From positions 1 to 64,000 of the forward strand of contig JBLIRO010000013.1 of assembly GCA_049472335.1 (NCBI GenBank): a stretch of 64,000 nt of DNA, written 5' to 3'. Positions within the stretch are counted from its first letter, which is position 1. Every line of letters starts with the position of its first letter. Of the stretch, positions 41,788 to 52,258 are shown one piece after another. Under the pieces are notes generated by a model. That model did not search any database and had not been told where the DNA came from. It saw nothing but the letters and a program-made list of their open reading frames with translations. This stretch comes from a bacterium. GTDB taxonomy: Bacteria > SZUA-182 > DTGQ01 > JAFGSM01. The translations under genes were made by a program, and so were the position numbers.

Positions 41788-42998
41788 CAAATCGTGTTGC
41801 TATTACAGGTATAGGTGTAGTCTCTTCTATTGGTATCGGTAAGGATGAGTTTTGGAAAAATCTTATTGAGGGGAAATCGGGTGCAAGTAAGGTGACAACC
41901 TTTGATACAAAGGATTTTTCCACTCACTTTGGAGCAGAGGTAAAGGTTTTTAACCCTGAGAGATACTTTCCAGAAGAAAAGATAAAGGATATGGGCAAGA
42001 CCTCTCAGATGGCGGCAGTTGCTTCCAGATTGGCCATAGAGGATGCAGGGCTGGATCTCAATGAGATTGTTGAAGAAGATGTTGGTGTGATTATTGGGAC
42101 AACCATGGGTGAAATCCATGAGTTAGAAAGAATTGACGATGTATGGGTAGAAAAAGGAGAAGCCTTCATAAGGCCGGAATGGGGTTTAAGATATCCTGCT
42201 AATAATATCTGTAATAATATTGCCAGGTTATTAAATCTTAAAAGCAATAATTTAATGATCCCATGTGCCTGCGCCGCAGGTAATTATGCCATAGGATATG
42301 CCTATGATCTCCTTGGATTAAAAAGAAACAGCCTGATACTTGCAGGAGGGGCCGAGGTTTTTTCACGCATTGCCTTTACAGGATTTAACAGCCTTTTATC
42401 CATGGCACCTGAAAAATGTTCACCCTTTGATAAAAAAAGACAGGGAATAATACTCGGTGAAGGGGCAGGCATAGTAGTATTGGAATCCTTAGATTCCGCA
42501 TTGAAAAGAGGAACCAATATCTACGCCGAAGTAGCCGGATATGGTTTGAGCTGCGACGCATATCATATGACGACACCTCAATTTAGCGGTATTGTGATTG
42601 CCATACTATCGGCCTTGAATAATGCAAATGTTGATATAAAAGACATAAGCTATATAAATGCCCATGGAACAGGGACTCCGGCGAATGATAAAACGGAATG
42701 CCTGGCTTTGAAAAAGATTTTCGGAGAAAGTCTGAAAAACATCCCCGTCAGTTCTATTAAGTCCATGTTAGGTCATACAATGGGTGCGGCTAGTGCTATA
42801 GAGGCTATTGCCTGTGCACTGGCTATTACTCACGATATAATCCCTCCAACCATAAATTATGAAACGCCGGACCCTGATTGTAATATTGATTGCGTGCCTA
42901 ATGTTTCCAGAAAACATAAGGTGGATTTTGCCTTGAACAATGGATTTGCTTTTGGAGGCAACAATGCCTGCCTTGTTTTGAAAAAGGTCGGGATATAA
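41784..42998 (+). CDS. fabF: Beta-ketoacyl-ACP synthase II
   Basis: Complete triad: CACAAG, AHGTGT, KSMLGH; FAFGG. Confidence 0.92.
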   Translation: MTNRVAITGIGVVSSIGIGKDEFWKNLIEGKSGASKVTTFDTKDFSTHFGAEVKVFNPERYFPEEKIKDMGKTSQMAAVASRLAIEDAGLDLNEIVEEDVGVIIGTTMGEIHELERIDDVWVEKGEAFIRPEWGLRYPANNICNNIARLLNLKSNNLMIPCACAAGNYAIGYAYDLLGLKRNSLILAGGAEVFSRIAFTGFNSLLSMAPEKCSPFDKKRQGIILGEGAGIVVLESLDSALKRGTNIYAEVAGYGLSCDAYHMTTPQFSGIVIAILSALNNANVDIKDISYINAHGTGTPANDKTECLALKKIFGESLKNIPVSSIKSMLGHTMGAASAIEAIACALAITHDIIPPTINYETPDPDCNIDCVPNVSRKHKVDFALNNGFAFGGNNACLVLKKVGI

Positions 42999-43063
42999 AC
43001 TGACTCATATTAACTGATTTTTCTTGTGGCCTAAAACAAAAACCTAAAAATAGATTCTATACA

Positions 43064-44137
43064 ATGATAAATAAAAGGAAATTAAAAAGATGTAACCGTT
43101 GCGGATTGCCGGAAACCTATCCGGGGATTCAATTTAACCAGGATTATATATGTAATTATTGTGTTCATTATGATCTTTTTAAGGAAAGAGAAGAAATAGT
43201 CAAAACAGAAGTAAAAGAGAGAATAATAAAACTTATAGAAAATATTAAGGAACAAAGACAGAAATACCACTGTATTGTAGCATATAGTGGAGGGAAAGAC
43301 AGCTCTTTTCTGTTATATCATCTTAGAACCAAATATAAGCTAAATATATTGGCTTGTACATTAGATAATGGTTTTCTTTCTCACACTGCCTTACAAAATG
43401 TAAAAACAATAACTAAAGCGTTAAATATAGATAGCAGGATAATCAAGCCCGATTTTGAATTATTAAAAGAAGTTTTTACCTATGCACTGACAGAAAGAAT
43501 TCCTTATCCAAAAGAAATATTATCAATGGTGAGTCAAGTATGTGCAGTATGTATAGGGATGATTCTTGGTACTACTTTAAATTTAGCAATAGATTTAGAA
43601 GTGCCGCTATTATTTTTTGGATTTACTCCAGGTCAATATCCCGCAATAAGTTTAGAAAACTTTCTTAAAGTCGATTCGTGTCTGTTTTTTTCAGACAAGG
43701 TCTATAGGGATGATCCGCTGGATGTTTTAAAAGTATTATCTGATCCCATAAAAGAAAAATTTGGTAAGAAAGTTGGTAAATTTTTTTTTAAAAGCCAATA
43801 TATTCCCAGTGGCCTACCAGTTCCAAAGATATTATTTCCTTTTCATTCTCTATTAGATTACGATGAGACTGAAATATTGAAAGAAATTTCCAAATTAGGA
43901 TGGATAAGACCAATCGACACGGATGCATGTTCTACAAATTGTTTATTAAACAGTGTTGGAAATTATGCTTGCATGAAGCAATTGGGGTATCATCCGTATA
44001 ACGGAGAATTAAGTTTTATGGTCAGAAAAGGAAAAATAACCCGTAAGGATGCTATTGAATCTGAAAAATTGGAAGCAAATTCTTATGCAATAACGAATTC
44101 ATTAGAAAAATTAGGCCTTAAAATTAGTAAGATTTAA
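43064..44137 (+). CDS. PP-loop (AANH superfamily) ATPase with Cys clusters
   Basis: N-terminal CNRC...CNYC, SGGKDS, CAVC, STNC. Confidence 0.8.
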   Translation: MINKRKLKRCNRCGLPETYPGIQFNQDYICNYCVHYDLFKEREEIVKTEVKERIIKLIENIKEQRQKYHCIVAYSGGKDSSFLLYHLRTKYKLNILACTLDNGFLSHTALQNVKTITKALNIDSRIIKPDFELLKEVFTYALTERIPYPKEILSMVSQVCAVCIGMILGTTLNLAIDLEVPLLFFGFTPGQYPAISLENFLKVDSCLFFSDKVYRDDPLDVLKVLSDPIKEKFGKKVGKFFFKSQYIPSGLPVPKILFPFHSLLDYDETEILKEISKLGWIRPIDTDACSTNCLLNSVGNYACMKQLGYHPYNGELSFMVRKGKITRKDAIESEKLEANSYAITNSLEKLGLKISKI

Positions 44138-44143
44138 AAGCAA

Positions 44144-45742
44144 ATGAGTGATATTTTAAAAAATACAAACTTGCCTTCAGATATTAAGACATTTAAAAAG
44201 GTTGTTAATATCAGTTTAAGTTTATTAGAGGATATTGATCATAGAACATTTTACTCTCCTTATTCTATTATACCTATTATTTTGCAAGCACTTGGATTAA
44301 ATACGCCCTTAATGGGCAGTGGGGATTCACCTTATTCTATTATTTCAGCTACTTTCAAATTGCAAAACAAGAAAAAAATGTTGAATCAGATGTTTATGCT
44401 TCCTCTCATAGAAAAAAGAAGGATTATTAATGAAATGTATGAGATGATAGCGCCTTACTTATTGGAAGAGGAGAAGGAATATATTGATCTTCTTATAAAA
44501 ACTAAATATAAACCTTTGTTAGGAGAATCTAAGAAAAAAACAAGAGACTTTACTATAATAACACATGAAAAATTTTCTGCTCTTTCTCACCTAATTGATA
44601 GATTTAATAATGGAAATGGTGATTTTGGCTATATAGCCCATTATGGCTATCCCGAAGATTTGTATAGAGAATATGATTTTTTAGAGGATTTGCCTGAGTC
44701 GCTTGCAACAGAATGGCGGAATAGATCCTATCCTGTAGTGAATGAGATTTTTATAAAAAATTTTTCTGCTATCAATTCAAAAATGAAAGGATCTGTAAAA
44801 GGATGGGGATTGTTTATTTGTAATTATACGAAAGAATTACTCGAGGACAGTCGGTTAAGAAAAAGAAGAATCCTGCAAGCTGCAAGATTAGCAGAAAAAT
44901 TGGGATCAAAGATTATTGGGATGGGAGGCTTAATCGCTTCTTTTGCTCAGGGAGGTCACGGATTATCTAAAGAGATTAGTAATGTGGGTTTTACCACAGG
45001 GCATGCTTATACTATTGGTAATATCATTAAGATCATGGAAAATTGTACAGAAAAGATAAAGTTTGATATTAAAAAATCCACTTTTGCTATTGTAGGGGCT
45101 GCTGGTTCTATTGGTTCAGGCTGCTCAAAGCTTTTAGCAGAGAAAGCTATAAAACAACTCATCTTAATAGATCTTAGTACTTTTAGTGCTCATAATAGAT
45201 TGGAGGAACTTAAGATAAATATCCAAAAAAGAAATCCGACTCTCGGAATTGAGATTTCATCTACTTTTAAGGATATTAAAAGAGCGGATATAGTTATATG
45301 TGCTACCAATTCTCCAACTTCAATCATATCATCAAAATATTTAAAGAGGGGAGCAATAGTTATAGATGATTCTTTCCCTAAAAATATCTCAAAACAGATT
45401 TTAAAGGACAGGAATGACATAATCCTATTGGAGGGAGGAGTAGTTCGTTTACCTTTTAGTGTAGAAGTATGTCTAGCAAGGAATATGCCTGATTTGCTGG
45501 ATGTACCTTTAACAAGATTAATAAGTTGTAAGGAAACTTACGGATGCTTTGCTGAAACTCTGGTTTTATCTCTATATGGTCGCAAAAAAAACTATGGCTT
45601 GGGATATTCCGATCCTAAATTGGCAAAAGATATAATGTTAAAAGCTAAGAAGATAGGATTTTCTTCCGCTCCTCTTCAATGTTTTGATGAAGCAGTTGAA
45701 GCTGAAAGATTCATTGAGGTTAAGCGACACAGAGTTGGATGA
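44144..45742 (+). CDS. Acyl-ACP reductase-like dehydrogenase with unknown N-terminal domain
   Basis: FTTGHAYT, IVGAAGSIG, IDDSFPKN, EGG and GCFAE parallel the cyanobacterial AAR motifs FTTGNTHT, GATGDIG, DGGYPKN and ACFAE. Confidence 0.72.
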   Translation: MSDILKNTNLPSDIKTFKKVVNISLSLLEDIDHRTFYSPYSIIPIILQALGLNTPLMGSGDSPYSIISATFKLQNKKKMLNQMFMLPLIEKRRIINEMYEMIAPYLLEEEKEYIDLLIKTKYKPLLGESKKKTRDFTIITHEKFSALSHLIDRFNNGNGDFGYIAHYGYPEDLYREYDFLEDLPESLATEWRNRSYPVVNEIFIKNFSAINSKMKGSVKGWGLFICNYTKELLEDSRLRKRRILQAARLAEKLGSKIIGMGGLIASFAQGGHGLSKEISNVGFTTGHAYTIGNIIKIMENCTEKIKFDIKKSTFAIVGAAGSIGSGCSKLLAEKAIKQLILIDLSTFSAHNRLEELKINIQKRNPTLGIEISSTFKDIKRADIVICATNSPTSIISSKYLKRGAIVIDDSFPKNISKQILKDRNDIILLEGGVVRLPFSVEVCLARNMPDLLDVPLTRLISCKETYGCFAETLVLSLYGRKKNYGLGYSDPKLAKDIMLKAKKIGFSSAPLQCFDEAVEAERFIEVKRHRVG

Positions 45743-46379
45743 GTGAAATGATATAGGTATAGATATTTTTGTTTTTAGATAGTAAGGAGAGAGAGATTTT
45801 TATTTTAAGTTAAGAGAATATATTTTGTTATTTATTAAAACAACCAGTTATTAATAAGTACGCTGATTAATAGAGATAAAAAATCTTTAGGGAGGAAATA
45901 AAATACAAATGGTTTTGGACACTTCTTTTTAATATTACAGAAGACAATATTGTAGAAAACAACGAGTTTGGTTATATATGAGATTTATTGTAGCTATTAA
46001 AGATAGAAATTGTTTACTACTAGGTCATTTGATTGAGTAACATAAATTCTAGATTTTATTATCTTCATGTGCAGAAAGAGCTAAATTATAGGAAAAGTTA
46101 AACTTATAAAAAGCACTATTATAGGGCTCTTTTTTAAGCAATCCTCGATCTCTACTTCTAGTGGAGAAATATGACTATTGAAATATATAATAAATTTTGA
46201 ATGCATTTTAAATATAATAATAAAATTATATCCCCGAAGACAGCGTGAGAGTTTATTGGAAGTATAAGTAGAGAATTGAGAAAAATAACTCCCTAATTAA
46301 GAGCATCGTTTTTTTGGGTTGTATAATAGAGGAAGGTATCTAAATGATACTTTAATAATTCCTTTAGAAAGAAGATATT

Positions 46380-47675
46380 ATGAAAATTTGTTTTATATAT
46401 CCATCATATATACATCATGCTGAGGCTAATCCAGAGCTTAAAGAATTTGTTTTTGAAAAAAGTTACCTAGGAACTACGTCTTTAAGTATACCAATTCTAG
46501 CGGCCTTAACCCCTGAACATCATGAAATAATTTTTATAGATGAACGAATTGAACCAATTCCATATGATGAACCATTTAATCTTGTGGCCATGCCAGTTTT
46601 TACTCCATCAGCTGAACGTGTTATAAAAATTAGCCAAGAGTTTCGTTCTCGTAATGTTAAAGTTGTTGTTGGTGGTATTTTTAGTAGTCTTATGCCTTCA
46701 GAAATTTCACCTTATGTAGATTCTATATGTATTGGAGAAGGTGAACCTGTTTGGCAAAAGATTTTAGAAGATATGGAGAAGGGACGACTTGAACCTATAT
46801 ATAAAAGTAAGAGATTTTATGATTTGAATCAATCCTCAGTTCCACGATATGACCTGTTATTTGAGAAAGAAAGACCAAATGGTTATCAGAGAGATAATGT
46901 TGATTATAATATTCAACTTTGTCGTGGTTGTTTTTTAGAATGTCTAGCATGTGTAATTCCTCAATATTTGGGTAAAAATATGCGCTTTGTACCACCCAAA
47001 TTAATTGCAAAAAGTATTGAGGCAATACAAAAGGACGGGCATAAAAGAAAAGTGTGTTTAATAGATGACCAGCTTAGTTTTCCTAGGCCTATAATCCAAG
47101 AACATTTATTAGAGGTTGTAAAGCTGTGGCAGGCTGGAAACATATCGGTATCTTATACAGGAATAAGCCCCGCTCAGGCATTAGTGGCATCGTCTGAGTA
47201 TTTTGGTTGCTTACGTAAGCTTAATACTATACAGAATTATGTAGTTTTTGGATTTGATAGATTTTCAAGAAAAGCTTTTCAGAAATCAACAGACTTAAAA
47301 TCTTTACAAAAATGCTATGATGCAGTAAAGCGTATCAAAGATGAAGGATTAGAAGTGTATGCATCACTATTAGTTGGTCATGATGAAGAAGATGAGTCTG
47401 TATTCGACAAGATACTTAATTTTACTGAAAAGGCTAAGATTAATATAGCAGAGTTTGTAATCTTAACTCCTTATCCCGGTACTCCACTATGGAATCAAAT
47501 GGTCAAGGAAGATCGAATAATTAGCAAAGAGTGGAGATATTATAATGATGCCAATCCAACCTTTCTCCCTAAAAATTATTCTGTTGATCGGCTTCGCCAA
47601 GGTTATATCTACCTATGGAAGGAGTTTTATCGAAATAAAAAAAGAGAGAGTCATGTTCTACCTATTCAGATATAA
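46380..47675 (+). CDS. B12-binding radical SAM protein
   Basis: LAALTP, VVVGG..GEGE cobalamin domain; CFLECLAC; TPYPGT. Confidence 0.9.
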   Translation: MKICFIYPSYIHHAEANPELKEFVFEKSYLGTTSLSIPILAALTPEHHEIIFIDERIEPIPYDEPFNLVAMPVFTPSAERVIKISQEFRSRNVKVVVGGIFSSLMPSEISPYVDSICIGEGEPVWQKILEDMEKGRLEPIYKSKRFYDLNQSSVPRYDLLFEKERPNGYQRDNVDYNIQLCRGCFLECLACVIPQYLGKNMRFVPPKLIAKSIEAIQKDGHKRKVCLIDDQLSFPRPIIQEHLLEVVKLWQAGNISVSYTGISPAQALVASSEYFGCLRKLNTIQNYVVFGFDRFSRKAFQKSTDLKSLQKCYDAVKRIKDEGLEVYASLLVGHDEEDESVFDKILNFTEKAKINIAEFVILTPYPGTPLWNQMVKEDRIISKEWRYYNDANPTFLPKNYSVDRLRQGYIYLWKEFYRNKKRESHVLPIQI

Positions 47676-47995
47676 TTTTATAAAATAAAGGATTATATAA
47701 GCTAGAATTTTTAATTCTGTATATAGCTAACAAGAAGTACTTATAATAGACTTAGAATACCGATTAATAAAATATATTTTATGCTTAAAATTTTTTTTAT
47801 AAACTATTTCTATTAAATTTTAATATTCATTTTCCCTATATTCTTGCAGGTTTTGTTACTTTAAAAGAACAGTTTTATATAATACCACAATTTTTGACAT
47901 AAAAAGTAAAATTTAAATGGAGAGTATTATAGTATGTGAAAAATGCTAAATAATCTATTATTATTGAAGGTCTTTAGGTGGAATCCATTCTCCAG

Positions 47996-48877
47996 CTATT
48001 TCTTCATGATCAATCTGCCATATCGTAAATAATCATGGGCTGTATCTAGCATCCCTTTATAATAGTTTTCTCCCAGAATAGCCATATTTTCACCCATTGC
48101 AGCCATATATTCATAATTAACCGGATTTGAGGTTCGTGCAAGTTTTAGAGCTTTAAATTTTGCCAACATTCTAGCATCTACGTCATCTGTCACATCCTCT
48201 TTTTCAACTAGTTTAAAACCTACAGATTTAAATAGCTTTGTAATTTCTTCTAATGATAGTTGAAACCATATCCGGGGTTCATAAAGACCTCTAAAGGTTG
48301 GGACCTTATCATATGCATCATTTAGATCTCCCTTGTTCCCTCGAAGCCAGAGATTACAACCAATCTTTGAATCCTTTTTTAAATGATTATATATTCTGGC
48401 GAATGCCTGTTTCTTGTTTTCCCAATGGCAGATGGTTTCATTGAAATAGGCCTTATTATAATCCTTCTCTGGAAGGTCCAGCTCCTCTGCATTTTGTAAA
48501 AAATATTCAACATTATTTTCTACTCCATGCAATTTTGAACATGCATAGGCTTTTTCAATCTGATCTTGATTGATATCCACCCCGGTAATCTTACAATCTA
48601 CTAATTTTGCCAATAATCTCGATGGTGCCCCATTACCTTCCCCAACAGATAACACATTATCTTCCCGCTCTATGTTTAATTTGTTGAATAATTCTTTAAC
48701 TCCTTTTTGGGAAAAATGGGAGAGGGATTCTATATCGAAGATACGTCGATCCAGGGAATGAGGATCAATGTTATATGCCTTATATATCTTTTTCAATTGT
48801 TCTTCATCATGAACAAGAAATCCATGATTTTTTGTTTGGTATGAATTAATTAATCTTCTTTTAGTATTGATATCCAT
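47996..48877 (-). CDS. Class I SAM-dependent methyltransferase
   Basis: VLSVGEGNG motif I, ITGVDI, NAEEL. Confidence 0.85.
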   Translation of the reverse strand: MDINTKRRLINSYQTKNHGFLVHDEEQLKKIYKAYNIDPHSLDRRIFDIESLSHFSQKGVKELFNKLNIEREDNVLSVGEGNGAPSRLLAKLVDCKITGVDINQDQIEKAYACSKLHGVENNVEYFLQNAEELDLPEKDYNKAYFNETICHWENKKQAFARIYNHLKKDSKIGCNLWLRGNKGDLNDAYDKVPTFRGLYEPRIWFQLSLEEITKLFKSVGFKLVEKEDVTDDVDARMLAKFKALKLARTSNPVNYEYMAAMGENMAILGENYYKGMLDTAHDYLRYGRLIMKK

Positions 48878-49345
48878 CTTGATCTCGTTTTCTTATTTCT
48901 CAAACATTTGAATATCATTAAATATCTCAACTCCTTTAATCAATGGTATTTGATTATAAATTTAAATACAATTAATTTCAAATAATCTATCAATTATTGT
49001 CATTTAGAATTGCAGACATAAGGGATAACACTGTTTCTTTCTTACTTATATTTTCGAACATTTCTTAGGTAATTTGAAAAAATATTTAAAAAAATATAGA
49101 AATAGAGATAAGAAGAAATTAAAAGTTAATTAAAAAAGGATGCACAATTTAGGAAATAGTAGAACGGTATAGAAACTTATTGGTTTTATATATTTTCATT
49201 TAACTATACAAAGAGATATATTAGTATTTGCTTATGTTACCAATGAGTTAATAAAATTGGTTGTCATGTGGAATACAGAGTATTTCACAAAGAGATTTTT
49301 TATCTGAAATAGGGCAATATAACGGTTTCAAAGATGAGGTTATGA

Positions 49346-50644
49346 ATGAAAATAGGTTTAATATCTCCAAAAGCTAATTTTTTAAGTCGGAACTCTGAGT
49401 TTCAAGAATTCTGGTCTAAATCAAAACATACTGAAGTTTTTCGTCAAAGATGGTCTGGAATAGGTTCCGGACTATTAGTCGTTGCCGGATTAACACCGCA
49501 GTCTTTTGAGGTTGAGGTTATTGACGAAAATTTAGAGGAAGTTGATTTCTCAAGAAAATATGATCTAGTTGGTATTACTGCTATGACAAATCAAGCTTTG
49601 AGAGCTTATAAGATTTCTGATAATTTCAGAAATCGTGGTATCAAGGTGGTGATTGGCGGAATTCATTCAACAGTATTACCAGAGGAAGCTATGCAACATG
49701 CAGATAGTGTGGTTGTGGGAGGGGCAGAATATCTTTGGCCGGAGTTGCTTGCAGATTTTCAAGATAATAAATTGAAGCCTGTATATAAATCTGAAAAGCC
49801 AGTAGATTTAAAAGATTCCCCTCTCCCGCGGTATGATCTTCTTAAATCTAAAAGTTATAGAATAATCTGGATACAGACAACACGAGGATGCCCACATGAT
49901 TGTGAATTTTGTGCTGCTACTTCGGTCTTCGGCCGGAAATACAGACATAAATCAATTGAGCAGATTATTAATGAAATAAGATTCATAAAGAAGTTGTTTG
50001 GAAAAACGTTCATAGGATTTGGCGATGATAATTTTTTGGTTGACAAAAAATTTTGTCAGTCTTTGCTTGAAAGAATAGTTCCTTTGAAAATAAGATGGTT
50101 TGCTGAAACCGACATTTCAATCGCCCGAGATGATAAATTACTTCATTTGTTAAGGAAGAGCGGATGTTTTTTCCTTTTTATTGGATTTGAGACCATATCA
50201 GAAGAGGGTCTAAAAACAATTAATAGAAACGGTTGGAAGTTTCGCCAGCTTAAGTATTACTCAAGCTTCATCAAAAAAATTCAGTCCTACGGAATCGGGG
50301 TTATGGGGGCGTTTATAATTGGCCTGGACAGTGATGATGCATCAATATTTACAAAAATCAGTAATTTTATTATTGAAAATAATTTGTATGATGCTCAAAT
50401 TAGTGTATTGACACCATTGCCCGGAACACGACTGAGGGCTCGGCTAGAAAAAGAGGGACGATTACTTCGGACCAATTGGGAAAACTTTTCTGTTTTTGAT
50501 GTAAATTTTATACATCCAAAGTTAACAAAGCATGAGCTTGAAAAAGGACTTTGCGAAATTTATAAAAATATAAATAGCAAAGAAGTTTATCTTAAAAGAA
50601 TGCGTTATCACAAGGAGATCTTGAAGGAATTGATGGAAGTATAG
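49346..50644 (+). CDS. B12-binding radical SAM protein
   Basis: VVIGGIH, TRGCPHDCEFC, GDDNF, IGFET, TPLPGT. Confidence 0.93.
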   Translation: MKIGLISPKANFLSRNSEFQEFWSKSKHTEVFRQRWSGIGSGLLVVAGLTPQSFEVEVIDENLEEVDFSRKYDLVGITAMTNQALRAYKISDNFRNRGIKVVIGGIHSTVLPEEAMQHADSVVVGGAEYLWPELLADFQDNKLKPVYKSEKPVDLKDSPLPRYDLLKSKSYRIIWIQTTRGCPHDCEFCAATSVFGRKYRHKSIEQIINEIRFIKKLFGKTFIGFGDDNFLVDKKFCQSLLERIVPLKIRWFAETDISIARDDKLLHLLRKSGCFFLFIGFETISEEGLKTINRNGWKFRQLKYYSSFIKKIQSYGIGVMGAFIIGLDSDDASIFTKISNFIIENNLYDAQISVLTPLPGTRLRARLEKEGRLLRTNWENFSVFDVNFIHPKLTKHELEKGLCEIYKNINSKEVYLKRMRYHKEILKELMEV

Positions 50645-50767
50645 ATAATTCAGGATATTTATATGGTTATATTTATTCGAATAAAAGTGATATATGGGTA
50701 TCATTGAATTCAAATAATTAGAATTTTGAATCATGACGATTAAAATATATAGGAGAATAAATATATC

Positions 50768-52096
50768 ATGAAATTGCGTTTTATTTTTCCTAAATGGCAA
50801 AAGCTATTGGAGGCAAATCCAGAATTAGAGGATGTACTTCCCGGGTATTATTTTGGTGATTTCAATATGCCCGGTCTGGCTATAGAATCTGTTGCATCTT
50901 TAACACCAGAGGATATTGAAATATATTTTACAGACGATCATTTTGAAAATATCGATTTTGAGGAGAAAGTAGATCTGGTGGCGATTACTGCATTTACTCC
51001 ACAGGCATCAAGGGCCTATAAGATTTCTGATAAGTTTAGAGAAAGGGGAGTGCCTGTGGTAATGGGAGGAATACACCCAACCTTGATGCCAGAAGAGGCA
51101 GCTATTCATGCCAGCCATATTGTAATTGGTCAAGCCAACGGATCTTGGCAGACATTTTTGGATGATTTTAAACGAGGCATCGCACAGAAATTTTATCGAA
51201 ATATGGGAAATGGCCCTTTTCTGTTTCCATTCCCAAGGAGGGAATTCTTCAGGAAAAAGGGATATGTCCTTAATTCTATAATTGTAGTTTCCAGAGGGTG
51301 TAGGTATAGTTGTCCTACATGTATTATCCCCCTTGTTGATGGGAGGGAAACAAATCTTCGGCCAATAGATGAGGTTGTAAAGGATATTAGGTGTATAGAT
51401 GCGGAGAATATCTTTATAGCAGATGACGCACCCTTTTTTATGGAGGAGAAATATAAAAAGTATGCCAATGAATTGTTTACAGCACTATCCCCTTATAAGA
51501 AAAAGTTTTTTGTAACAGCTGTGATGCTAATGTCACTTACTGATGAAGAACTTAAATTAGCTTATAAGGCTGGTGTAAGAGAAGTTTATATTGTATTTGC
51601 TTTTCCTCCTATTGCTCTTAGCTTGCTTACGAAGGATTTAGAAAAGAAAGTCTTAGATAGTTTAAAAAGAATACATGACAATGGATTGGAGATATTCGGT
51701 TCATTTGGTCTGGGCTTTGACTATGATGATAAAGGAATTTTTGAAAAATCCGTTCAATTTGCACATAAGGCGGAATGTGATATGGTAGAGTTTTTTATTG
51801 CTACCCCATTTCCTCGAACCCCTTTTTGGACAAGACTGAAAGCTGAGGCAAGGCTATTACACCAGGACTGGGGACTTTATAATTCTGCCAATGTGGTTTT
51901 TCGACCAAAAAATATGGAGGCATATGAACTCCATGAAGGGTATATCCAATGTTGGAAGGAATTCTATAGTAAATATTCTTTTAATGATTTTAGCATAAGA
52001 TTTTCTAGGTACTGGGGTATGAATAAAGATAAATTAAGACAGGTACATAATAGGAAGAGGGCTATAAAGGAGAAGGATATTTTACAAGATGCTTGA
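50768..52096 (+). CDS. B12-binding radical SAM protein
   Basis: VVMGGIHPT, SRGCRYSCPTC, TPFPRT. Confidence 0.9.
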   Translation: MKLRFIFPKWQKLLEANPELEDVLPGYYFGDFNMPGLAIESVASLTPEDIEIYFTDDHFENIDFEEKVDLVAITAFTPQASRAYKISDKFRERGVPVVMGGIHPTLMPEEAAIHASHIVIGQANGSWQTFLDDFKRGIAQKFYRNMGNGPFLFPFPRREFFRKKGYVLNSIIVVSRGCRYSCPTCIIPLVDGRETNLRPIDEVVKDIRCIDAENIFIADDAPFFMEEKYKKYANELFTALSPYKKKFFVTAVMLMSLTDEELKLAYKAGVREVYIVFAFPPIALSLLTKDLEKKVLDSLKRIHDNGLEIFGSFGLGFDYDDKGIFEKSVQFAHKAECDMVEFFIATPFPRTPFWTRLKAEARLLHQDWGLYNSANVVFRPKNMEAYELHEGYIQCWKEFYSKYSFNDFSIRFSRYWGMNKDKLRQVHNRKRAIKEKDILQDA

Positions 52097-52258
52097 TTTT
52101 ATGATTAAAGTAGTGCTTAAGGATAAGGAATCAGTATTGTGTCCAATATATTCCTAATTATTTTAATTCCTCTTTTAGAATAAGGTTAAGGGTGATCTTA
52201 AGTCTAGGGCATCAAAGAGGAAAAGTTTTTAGAGATATACAATCAATGTTACCTGGAG

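Noticed and set aside
45743..46379. Hidden RiPP precursor for the radical SAM enzymes in the AT-rich spacer
   Set aside because: No convincing small ORF was found by eye, and the enzymes are B12-binding types without SPASM or RRE features
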